DNA of 64,000 nucleotides. Source: a virus (lineage: Duplodnaviria; Heunggongvirae; Uroviricota; Caudoviricetes). How positions within the stretch are numbered: the stretch's first letter is position 1; each line of letters starts with the position of its first letter. The notes beneath the pieces are model-generated. The model ran no database searches and had not been told where the DNA came from. It saw only the letters and a program-made list of their open reading frames with translations. A program made the translations under genes and the position numbers. The stretch covers positions 160,001-224,000 of the IMG/VR virus record IMGVR_UViG_3300012346_000380. One strand, 5' to 3'. Positions 56,638-64,000 of this stretch are shown one piece after another.

Positions 56638-56784
56638 TTATTTGTTTTTAGATTTTCTTTTTTTCATTAATTTTTTTGCTTGATAGCTGTCGAATTTTTC
56701 ATGACTGCTAACGTGTTGAAATGCAACGTAAATAAACGCAATGCATACAATAACGACTGGTATTAAAAAGTATAATGCTTCCAT
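56638..56784 (-). CDS. Small membrane protein (48 aa; not in the ORF track)
   Basis: MEALYFLIPVVIVCIAFIYVAF...KSKNK. Confidence 0.5.
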   Translation of the reverse strand: MEALYFLIPVVIVCIAFIYVAFQHVSSHEKFDSYQAKKLMKKRKSKNK

Positions 56785-56787
56785 AAA

Positions 56788-57030
56788 TTACTTATAAAAT
56801 GTTTTTAAATAAATTGCTTGTTGTCTGATACCGAATTCTCTGGTAAGAACATTGGCTGGTACTTCATCTGCCATAAAATAATTTAAGCCTTTTATCATTT
56901 TGACAGCATCAAACTTTCTTTCTCGACCTTGAATCATTCCTTCAGGATCTGCTAATTTGTTAATTATAAAAGCTAAATGTTGTGGAGTTTCACATTTATT
57001 AACCTCTTGCCATGTTTCTAGTTCAGTCAT
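56788..57030 (-). CDS. Early hypothetical protein
   Basis: 80 aa, LTREFGIRQQ motif; early promoter at ~57056. Confidence 0.6.
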   Translation of the reverse strand: MTELETWQEVNKCETPQHLAFIINKLADPEGMIQGRERKFDAVKMIKGLNYFMADEVPANVLTREFGIRQQAIYLKTFYK

Positions 57031-57128
57031 AACTTCTTTGTTTTAATTAGATATGTAAATATACGTAAAATTATTTAAATATAAAAGCATTTAAGCAATT
57101 ATTTTTATAAAGTTACGAACAATCATAC

Positions 57129-57581
57129 TTATACCAATTTAGCTAAGATTTCTTTAACGGTTCCAATATCTGCACGTCCTTGGTATTTTTTATTAAATTC
57201 ACCGATAGATTTACCTTGTAAGGCTTGTGGATTTGTAATAGTAACTGATAAATCTTGTAGGATTTCCTTTAAAGCCAATGTGATTTCATCAGATGTCATT
57301 TGAGCTGGCATGTATTTTTTCAAGACTTCCATTTCATCTCTTTCCTTGTCAACAAGTTCCTGTCTACATGCAGTTTCATACATTTTAATGGATTCCTCGC
57401 GTTGTTTGATTCCTTTATTAATGATTTTAATAATCTCATCATCAGTAGCAACCCAAGTTCCGTTGCTCTTAAAAGCATTTGTGATTGCTGCCTTAATACT
57501 ACTTAATGCCGCTTTAGCTGTAATATCCTTTGCTTTGTATGCAATGATATAATCTGCATCTATTTTTTCTTTAATTGTCAT
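57129..57581 (-). CDS. GatB/YqeY domain protein
   Basis: AYKAKD, IKQREESI..Y....R.ELV.KE..E..VL.KYMP.QM, GRAD. Confidence 0.85.
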   Translation of the reverse strand: MTIKEKIDADYIIAYKAKDITAKAALSSIKAAITNAFKSNGTWVATDDEIIKIINKGIKQREESIKMYETACRQELVDKERDEMEVLKKYMPAQMTSDEITLALKEILQDLSVTITNPQALQGKSIGEFNKKYQGRADIGTVKEILAKLV

Positions 57582-57587
57582 CTTTCT

Positions 57588-57797
57588 TTAGTTTTTTCTA
57601 ATTCCTGTTACCATAACGTATTTAAACGTTTTATCTATGAAATTAAAAGTATGTTGAACAAATGTTACTTCATACGTTTTAAATTCGCCATCGAATTCCA
57701 TTGTTATTGATTCATCAATTAATGGTTTTTCTACTTCACAAATAAAATCACTTTCACAAACACCTTTGTTCATTAGGATAAATCTACACTTTGTCAT
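57588..57797 (-). CDS. Hypothetical protein
   Basis: Probable real start MTKCRF; the longer ORF overlaps the upstream gene. Confidence 0.5.
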   Translation of the reverse strand: MTKCRFILMNKGVCESDFICEVEKPLIDESITMEFDGEFKTYEVTFVQHTFNFIDKTFKYVMVTGIRKN

Positions 57798-57813
57798 TGT
57801 CTTTTTATTTGGT

Positions 57814-58347
57814 TTAATAATCACTTGAAGAACTTGAATCGTATGAGCTTCCTGAGTCATAAGAAGATCCTGAGTCATAAGAACTACTTGAGTCGTATGA
57901 ATCTGAACTGCTAGATGAACTATCATCCCAACTTCCACCAGCACCTCCACCAGAGAAATCTCCACCTCCAAAACCTCCATCAAAACCAGAATCTGAATTA
58001 GAATCTGTATTTGAATTAGAATCGCTGTCATTCAGCGCATCACCAACAATAGCGCCAAAGATATCGCCTCCAACTGCAGCACCAATTAAGGTTGAATCAG
58101 TTACAGCTGCAACTGCCATTGAAGTTAAAAAGTCAGATTCATCTTCTCTAGCTTTTTTACGGGAACGTTCATAGATTTCATCACGACGAATGCGTTCTGC
58201 TTCTACAATTTCTCTCATACGTTTTTCTTTATCAATAGGAGTAGGAGTAGTCTTAGAAGTTCCTCTAAGAGTGTAATATGATTCTTTCATTTGTACACCT
58301 TGAGGTTCTACTTCTTTAATTCCAAATAATCTTTTAATCCAGTTCAT
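57814..58347 (-). CDS. Protein with Gly/Ser/Asp low-complexity tail
   Basis: GFGGGDFSGGGAGGSW and (SYDSGS)n tail. Confidence 0.7.
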   Translation of the reverse strand: MNWIKRLFGIKEVEPQGVQMKESYYTLRGTSKTTPTPIDKEKRMREIVEAERIRRDEIYERSRKKAREDESDFLTSMAVAAVTDSTLIGAAVGGDIFGAIVGDALNDSDSNSNTDSNSDSGFDGGFGGGDFSGGGAGGSWDDSSSSSSDSYDSSSSYDSGSSYDSGSSYDSSSSSDY

Positions 58348-58348
58348 T

Positions 58349-59407
58349 TTATTTGTTTTTAATAATTTCTTTAAAATATGGTTTTCCTTGTTTGTCGTAA
58401 TATTTTACTTTACTCTCATCGTAAGGTTCAATTTCTGAAAGCTTTACCCAGCCGGCACCTTTTGTGTTGTGCGTTCCACCACTCCAATCTCCGTAAATTT
58501 CAACTTCACCTTCTCTAATCCCAATTACTGTAAATGAGGCAGCATCAACTGGATAATAGACTAAGTCACCTAATTTAGGACTGTATGGAACTTTACTTTG
58601 CTCAACATCTACATTTCCTTTAGAATTACTTAGTAATCCAGCTAAAAAGAATGGATCTTGTGTAAAAATAGGAGTATAGATTTCTTGCCATTTGTTTCTG
58701 GTAAAAGTTCCATTTTCATTAGTAGTGGTTACTTCTACTTTACCAATCACAGCTCCTCTTTTCTTACGAAAATCGCAATCATTCCAATTGATTCCTTTTT
58801 GGAAAATCAATTCTTGCATTTGATCAGTCTTAACACCGTGAAGTTCTTTAGTACTATATAGACTTTGAGCAACTGAAGAGATACTGTTTCTTACAGCGTC
58901 TTGTTGTCTCCAAATAAAATAGTTTTTAACTTCATCAATGAATGGAATTTGAAAAGCTCTGGCGTCAAACATTGCAAGTTTAAAGTTTTGAATATCGTCA
59001 ACATCTAACATACCTTCAATATCATTTCCTTCCCATGTTGCTCTCGCCATTCTCAATTGATTGAATTTAGCAGTTGCCATAGAAGCTGCAACACTTACCA
59101 TTTTCTGTAGATTGTTGTCAAACCAAGCATGAGTTCCTAAGTCATCGAAGTCTGTTAAGACTAAACTAATCTCGTCTGATTGAACATAGCCAAATTTAGC
59201 GCCTTGGATATTCTTACAAAGATATGCTGTCGTTTCATTCATATCGTCAATAAGTCCTTGGTCAAATGGTCGTTGTAAGCCTTTTGTGTAAGTGTGAAAT
59301 GCTTTTCCGTCAATGCGGATAATTGTGAATGTTCTTCGTGGAAGTTTGATTCTGGTTCTATCTTCATAGAACTCTTTCATGCGATCGCCTAATGCATCGT
59401 TTTTCAT
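58349..59407 (-). CDS. thg1: tRNA(His) guanylyltransferase Thg1-like protein with C-terminal extension
   Basis: RIDGKAFH, YVQSDEISL, FDAR, WRQQDA.RNSI, GINWND. Confidence 0.9.
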   Translation of the reverse strand: MKNDALGDRMKEFYEDRTRIKLPRRTFTIIRIDGKAFHTYTKGLQRPFDQGLIDDMNETTAYLCKNIQGAKFGYVQSDEISLVLTDFDDLGTHAWFDNNLQKMVSVAASMATAKFNQLRMARATWEGNDIEGMLDVDDIQNFKLAMFDARAFQIPFIDEVKNYFIWRQQDAVRNSISSVAQSLYSTKELHGVKTDQMQELIFQKGINWNDCDFRKKRGAVIGKVEVTTTNENGTFTRNKWQEIYTPIFTQDPFFLAGLLSNSKGNVDVEQSKVPYSPKLGDLVYYPVDAASFTVIGIREGEVEIYGDWSGGTHNTKGAGWVKLSEIEPYDESKVKYYDKQGKPYFKEIIKNK

Positions 59408-59479
59408 AATATATGTTATTGTGCAACCTTCGTTAGTTGGATGCTAGTTAATGTTATTCTTTAAAGGGAATAACTGACC

Positions 59480-59698
59480 TTATTTTAAAAACCAGTCAAA
59501 TGCTGATTTAATAATTGTGAGATTTACTTCTTGAAAGATAAACCATTTAATCCAAGCTAATGGCCAAAAGATAAAATCCATAAAGGCCCAAAAACCACTT
59601 GAGTGAATTTGGTAACCAATCATCGCAGTTGGCAGTGAAAAGATAATATTTGGAATTGAAATTGGTCTAAAAGAGTAAGTTACTTTTTTGTTTGACAT
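59480..59698 (-). CDS. Small membrane protein
   Basis: Hydrophobic 72 aa; middle-type promoter at 59715-59743. Confidence 0.6.
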   Translation of the reverse strand: MSNKKVTYSFRPISIPNIIFSLPTAMIGYQIHSSGFWAFMDFIFWPLAWIKWFIFQEVNLTIIKSAFDWFLK

Positions 59699-59742
59699 CT
59701 TAAAATTGTTTTATATTATATGAATTAAAATAATAAAGTTTC

Positions 59743-60048
59743 TTAGATATTGAAATAATCTTTAACTCTCTCGATAAACGTTGGTTTACTTTTAAAAGTT
59801 GAAGCATATTCATACAAAAATAATCTTTTCTTAACGTCTGATAATGAATCGAAATTTTGCCAATTTGAAATTATATCGGCCATTTCACAAATACCAACTG
59901 TTTTTGCAGATTCTACAAGTTGTTCATAAACCTCTAAGTCAGTTGCTGTTGTATATTCACCTAATGTTGTAATTTTAGGTGGATTAGCTTGTCTTTGACC
60001 TTGTTTGTTTAGCATATTAGCTGCTACGATTGCTGAGTATGGAAACAT
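59743..60048 (-). CDS. Early hypothetical protein
   Basis: 101 aa after an early promoter cassette. Confidence 0.6.
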   Translation of the reverse strand: MFPYSAIVAANMLNKQGQRQANPPKITTLGEYTTATDLEVYEQLVESAKTVGICEMADIISNWQNFDSLSDVKKRLFLYEYASTFKSKPTFIERVKDYFNI

Positions 60049-60116
60049 AATTTCTTTGTTTTAATTAGATATGTAAATATACCAAAAACATTTGACATAA
60101 AAAAATATTTTAACAT

Positions 60117-60389
60117 TTATTTTTTATGCCACAAAACTTCTGTAACTGGTTTCTTTCTAGCGCTTCTAAAAGTGCCATAATTATCTTGAATCATAATCTG
60201 TAACTTTGCATATAATTCATCAAACGCTTCCTGTTTTTCTTTAAAGGAATATTCTGTAAAGAAACAGTTTTCTGTATCTATTAAAGCTGTTGCTGATCCT
60301 TTAAAGAACTGCTGATAAATATACAATCCTTCTGGATAATGTACAATTGAAAATCTTTTTCTGATCTTTTTTAACAATTTTGCTTTCAT
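60117..60389 (-). CDS. Hypothetical protein
   Basis: 90-aa ORF. Confidence 0.6.
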   Translation of the reverse strand: MKAKLLKKIRKRFSIVHYPEGLYIYQQFFKGSATALIDTENCFFTEYSFKEKQEAFDELYAKLQIMIQDNYGTFRSARKKPVTEVLWHKK

Positions 60390-60496
60390 GTCTTATTTTT
60401 AAATTATTTTATTTACGATTTTTAAAGAAATCTAAAATCCTATCGCTAAATGAAAGTACAAAAGCGATAACTATTACGGCTGCTATTAAACTCATT

Positions 60497-60670
60497 TTAT
60501 TTGTTTTTAAGTTGTTCTAATTTTTCTTCAATTAAATTTTTTTGATAAATTAAATGAAGTCTGTTAGCTTCTTCTTTTATGAAATTATTTGCTATATCTT
60601 ATAATTCTTTTGTATCTTCATTCCATCCAATACTTACAATGCATAATGCTTGTTCTAATGTTATTGTCAT
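60497..60670 (-). CDS. Mini-ORF (57 aa)
   Basis: MTITLEQ...LKNK between junction repeats. Confidence 0.55.
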
Positions 60671-60697
60671 ATCTTATTTGTTTTTAAATTATTTTTA

Positions 60698-61048
60698 TTA
60701 ATTTGAATAATCAATACAGACTATTGTATCGTTATAAATACCAAAATTTTCTTTTTTAGTTTCCCCATTTCTAACATCAGAGAAGTGATCTAATTCTTCG
60801 TCTGTAAGTTCTCTTCTAATGGGTTTGCAATATTTCTGTATTTGAATTAATCCAAAAATGCTACAATATAATGAAGGCGCTATTTTATTTTTTTGTTCTT
60901 CGATACATTTAAATGTTTTATAATAGTTGCGCTCATACCAATTTGCATAACATCCATTTAAAAAATTAAAATGACTATAAGAATGATTGGGTATTTTAAT
61001 GACATAGTTTCCTATTTTAAAAACTATTCTTGTCACACCGCGTTTCAT
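60698..61048 (-). CDS. Hypothetical protein with kinase-like motifs
   Basis: G.TR.V....YVIK, E, ENFG...IDY resemble a minimal kinase-like fold. Confidence 0.5.
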   Translation of the reverse strand: MKRGVTRIVFKIGNYVIKIPNHSYSHFNFLNGCYANWYERNYYKTFKCIEEQKNKIAPSLYCSIFGLIQIQKYCKPIRRELTDEELDHFSDVRNGETKKENFGIYNDTIVCIDYSN

Positions 61049-61051
61049 ATC

Positions 61052-61261
61052 TTATTTGTTTATAAATGTTTCGTTGTAGTATTCTTCTGCTGTTCTGCAA
61101 TTAATTTTTGCATCAACTTCAAATTGGTATGTACTTCTTCTATAGGCATCAATAATCTGTTGCTTTTCCATTTCTTTGGCTTCTTTAGTTATACCTTTTT
61201 TTATTAATTCTAAAGAAACATCAAAAGGTATTTTTGTTAATAACCATTCTACTGCTGTCAT
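61052..61261 (-). CDS. Small MTAVEWL-type phage protein
   Basis: MTAVEWL...AKEMEKQQIIDAY...AEEYYNETF. Confidence 0.65.
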   Translation of the reverse strand: MTAVEWLLTKIPFDVSLELIKKGITKEAKEMEKQQIIDAYRRSTYQFEVDAKINCRTAEEYYNETFINK

Positions 61262-61264
61262 ATC

Positions 61265-61375
61265 TTATTTGTTTTTAAATTGACCAAAAAACATACCTAT
61301 AATCACACAAAATATCAATATTATAATAAGTTCGTAATTATGCAAAACTTGTGTTTTTATTAAATATTCTTCCAT
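61265..61375 (-). CDS. Mini TM peptide (36 aa)
   Basis: MEEYLIK...IIGMFFGQFKNK between junction repeats. Confidence 0.5.
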   Translation of the reverse strand: MEEYLIKTQVLHNYELIIILIFCVIIGMFFGQFKNK

Positions 61376-61378
61376 ATC

Positions 61379-61474
61379 TTATTTGTTTTTAAAAATTCTA
61401 TCAATTAAAAATTCTAATATTGGCATTATGAAAAACAATATTATCAATGCTATTCCACCTCCTAAACCTCCCAT
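61379..61474 (-). CDS. Mini TM peptide (31 aa)
   Basis: MGGLGGGIALIILFFIMP...IFKNK between junction repeats. Confidence 0.5.
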   Translation of the reverse strand: MGGLGGGIALIILFFIMPILEFLIDRIFKNK

Positions 61475-61477
61475 ATC

Positions 61478-62416
61478 TTATTTTTTAAATTGTTCTTTAA
61501 CTAAAAATTCGTAATGTAAAGGGAGATGCATACTAAGACTATGAAACATATCCATAATTTCTTCCTCACTATATCTTTCCTCTTGTTTTTCAAAACCATA
61601 CTTCTCAAGTAATCTTATAGCTTGCGATTCATTATTACATTCAAGACACATTTTAATGTGCTGTAGTAATCCGTATTCGAGTGTTTCTTCATTTACAAGA
61701 ATTTGACCCACTTCTAAAATATCGGTTTGTTCTTCCGCACTATACTTATTCTTGTCTTGTTCTTGTTGCCATTTAGCACCTGCTATAAAACCTTCATTGA
61801 AAATTGGAGCTTTAGTTTCTTTTGCATAGACATTATATCCATTTGCCTTATTAGCAGCTTCTTCAAGTGTTTCTTGTTTAGGTTTTTCTTTTAGACAAAT
61901 ACATTTTTTTGATAATGATTTACTACAAGATTCTATTTGCTTACATTGTGGATTATTTAGTAGCCAATCTTCTTTTGGAATGATGATTTCATAAGAATAA
62001 CTATCATCACTCCACCATACTTTAAACGTTTCAATCTCCTCACAACTCGGATTTTTCACAAACCATTCAAGAAACTCGTCATCAATAGCCTGTACACCAT
62101 CTTTGATTAAGTCTTTATCTGTTGTTAGGATGATTTTTTTGCAAGAGTCTAAAACATAGGTGAAATTAACACATCTTGCAAGTCCTTGATTTCGTTCTAT
62201 TTCGATTACCTCTAAAATATCATTTTCATCATCGATAACCCAATCTCCCTCTTTAATTTCTTCATTAGAAGTGATGCAGATGTGTTGGTTTTGTGTTCCA
62301 CTTCCAAAATTTTCTGTAAACTCTGGATTGTTAGAAGTAATACCTAATTTGTTATTTGATTTAATTAAGTAAATTCTACTCGGTTTCTCTGTTGGTAATA
62401 CATGTATATTTTTCAT
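61478..62416 (-). CDS. Modular hypothetical protein
   Basis: MKNIHVLPTEKPSR, KIILTTD.DLI.DGVQAIDDEFLEWF, KQETLEEAA, GAKWQQE, repeated YS.EE. Confidence 0.7.
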   Translation of the reverse strand: MKNIHVLPTEKPSRIYLIKSNNKLGITSNNPEFTENFGSGTQNQHICITSNEEIKEGDWVIDDENDILEVIEIERNQGLARCVNFTYVLDSCKKIILTTDKDLIKDGVQAIDDEFLEWFVKNPSCEEIETFKVWWSDDSYSYEIIIPKEDWLLNNPQCKQIESCSKSLSKKCICLKEKPKQETLEEAANKANGYNVYAKETKAPIFNEGFIAGAKWQQEQDKNKYSAEEQTDILEVGQILVNEETLEYGLLQHIKMCLECNNESQAIRLLEKYGFEKQEERYSEEEIMDMFHSLSMHLPLHYEFLVKEQFKK

Positions 62417-62493
62417 AATTTCTTTGTTTTAATTAGATATGTAAATATAAACAAAAAACTCCAGACTAAAAAATCTGGAGTGTTAAAATTATG

Positions 62494-62727
62494 TTAAATT
62501 TTACCTAGTTCTAACTGAAACAAATCCTTGTCCCTTTTCCAAATCTTTTCAAGTCTTTTCATCTCTTTAATAAAAGTTGGATGATTCTCTGGATTCATTT
62601 TACCATATTTAGATTCTAATGTATCAAAGGCAGTAGTTCTCATCGTGGTCCATTCCTTCATGCAACCTGAACATATTCTTCTGTTATCGAAGATATTCTT
62701 TTCTTTACATCTAATACAGGTTCTCAT
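62494..62727 (-). CDS. Small zinc-finger-like protein
   Basis: CIRC...CSGC. Confidence 0.6.
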   Translation of the reverse strand: MRTCIRCKEKNIFDNRRICSGCMKEWTTMRTTAFDTLESKYGKMNPENHPTFIKEMKRLEKIWKRDKDLFQLELGKI

Positions 62728-62909
62728 TCCTCTTCTGGCATTAATTCACTTAGACCAGTCAATGAACCACAGTTTTTACAAGAGATATAAACCTCATTGT
62801 AAGTTTCTTCTGTGTCATCGTCAATTTCTTCTGAAATATGATATTCAAACATTTTATTTGAACCACATATACCACAAATTACGTGGATTCTAGGATTCGC
62901 TATTGCCAT
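62724..62909 (-). CDS. Small zinc-ribbon protein
   Basis: CGIC...CKNC. Confidence 0.6.
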   Translation of the reverse strand: MAIANPRIHVICGICGSNKMFEYHISEEIDDDTEETYNEVYISCKNCGSLTGLSELMPEEE

Positions 62910-63087
62910 CTGGTAAACCTTCTATAATTGTAAACATAATCGGAAACGAATAAATTAATCGATTTGTTTCACCATGTTCTCCTGCCCAAAAACAATATGC
63001 GTTGTGACTAATTGTCATTTCTCTACATTCAATGGTGTGTTCGTGCACATGACCATTAACATTACATCTTACTTTGTATCTTCTCAT
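62890..63087 (-). CDS. Hypothetical protein
   Basis: 65-aa ORF. Confidence 0.5.
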   Translation of the reverse strand: MRRYKVRCNVNGHVHEHTIECREMTISHNAYCFWAGEHGETNRLIYSFPIMFTIIEGLPDGNSES

Positions 63088-63091
63088 ATCT

Positions 63092-63667
63092 CTATTTTAA
63101 AATGGTTTCTAATGTTGCTTTATATGCTGATGTCTTATAAGGATCGTTGTTATTTTCTTTAATAATTCCAACGAATAATTCTCTGGCCTTTTCAATGCCA
63201 TAATATTTTAAAACTAGAGAGCCTGCTGCAGGAACTGTGATCGGCATTTTTTCACTGTGCTTCTCGCAAATTTCATCAACTATCCCCTTTAATTGTTCTT
63301 TATAAGTTGGCTTTAATTCATCTAACGCCTCTTCTAACATCTCAGAGAAACATGTACCTCCATTATAGAATTGTCCAATGAATGAAATACTTCCATCCTC
63401 GCTTCTACTAAGCTTCATGAAATAATCTTCATCATTTGACTCTTCATGATCGATTACTCTATAAAGTTTCTCTCCGTGAATAAAATACTCTTCAGGTACT
63501 CTTTCACGTTTATATTCATATTCATTAAAGTTTTCTCTAAAGTCTTCTTGCCAATCCTCGCCTAATTCAATATTATGACGTGTTGCAATTGCTCTGCAAG
63601 TTTCCTCTAGAGTTCCAGTTAAACGTACTGGATATAATCTACCTGTGTGAAATTCTGTTTGACTCAT
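63092..63667 (-). CDS. Hypothetical protein
   Basis: 191-aa ORF. Confidence 0.65.
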   Translation of the reverse strand: MSQTEFHTGRLYPVRLTGTLEETCRAIATRHNIELGEDWQEDFRENFNEYEYKRERVPEEYFIHGEKLYRVIDHEESNDEDYFMKLSRSEDGSISFIGQFYNGGTCFSEMLEEALDELKPTYKEQLKGIVDEICEKHSEKMPITVPAAGSLVLKYYGIEKARELFVGIIKENNNDPYKTSAYKATLETILK

Positions 63668-63669
63668 CG

Positions 63670-63954
63670 TTATACTACTCTAAATTCTGTGTTACTAATT
63701 CTTTCGGTGCTTCCGTCATGTTCGATTGCAAGCCTTCTATTTAACATGTCGATAAAATGACGTTGTGCTTTATTATCTGGCCTAGTATCTGGGTCAATAA
63801 ATTTTAAAAACACATCGACTTGTTCTGGTCTAAAACCTCTCATGAAATTTGGATTGTATATTTCAGAGTTTGTTAATATTCTAATCGAACCGTGAGCAAA
63901 TAAATATTGAACTGCCTCATCTACTAATCTTGTAGTTTTACCAGTTTGTCTCAT
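63670..63954 (-). CDS. Hypothetical protein with truncated P-loop-like start
   Basis: MRQTGKTTRL; 94 aa. Confidence 0.55.
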   Translation of the reverse strand: MRQTGKTTRLVDEAVQYLFAHGSIRILTNSEIYNPNFMRGFRPEQVDVFLKFIDPDTRPDNKAQRHFIDMLNRRLAIEHDGSTERISNTEFRVV

Positions 63955-64000
63955 TACGTGTGTATTTTTTTATTAACTAAACTACATAAAAATTCTGTGA

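Larger units (their letters stand above)
60387..61489 (-). repeat. Short gene-junction repeat TTTAAAAACAAATAAGATATG joining mini-ORFs
   Basis: Copies at 60668, 61046, 61259 and 61373; degenerate copies at 60387, 60493 and 61472. Confidence 0.75.

Noticed and set aside
57588-58031. 147-aa ORF as listed in the track
   Set aside because: The N-terminal half is an out-of-frame read of the Gly/Ser tail of 57814..58347; the real start is probably 57797.

Overview
This 64-kb AT-rich window looks like part of a large (jumbo-type) dsDNA phage genome, most likely with a Bacteroidota/Flavobacteriia host. The evidence is TTTG-N19-TAnnTTT(A/G) promoters, A-rich leaders without Shine-Dalgarno sites, and Bacteroidota-type Hc1 and lipoprotein genes. 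It reads in the standard genetic code. Nearly all genes are on the minus strand. The exception is a plus-strand island of early-promoter genes (10.45-16.4 kb) between two GC-rich non-coding tracts, which contains an apparently exact 1045-bp tandem duplication. Recognisable products include ClpP and ClpC, a thymidylate-synthase-fold enzyme with the dCMP-hydroxymethylase signature, LOG, a RadA-like ATPase, collagen-like fibres, ferritin, a glucosaminidase, a DinG-like helicase, glycosyltransferases (one TibC/Aah-like), DNA ligase, NAMPT, a Thg1-like protein, tRNA-Gly and tRNA-Ala. Four observations stand out. (1) At 48.9-50.0 kb there is an array of ncRNA cassettes sharing a 7-8 bp closing stem and a CAGCAA motif, carrying tRNA parts: two circularly permuted tRNAs (Asn-GTT and Leu-like) and a bare Lys-TTT anticodon stem-loop. 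(2) About 18 unrelated proteins share an N-terminal MKHIKLFEEFINE-type leader resembling the T4 capsid-targeting sequence; the cargo includes an Acb1-like 2H phosphoesterase, a zeta-like kinase and a GNAT. (3) There is an Acb2/Tad1-like sponge candidate. (4) Three promoter classes can be read directly from the sequence. All family calls come from motif recognition by eye; no database searches were run.
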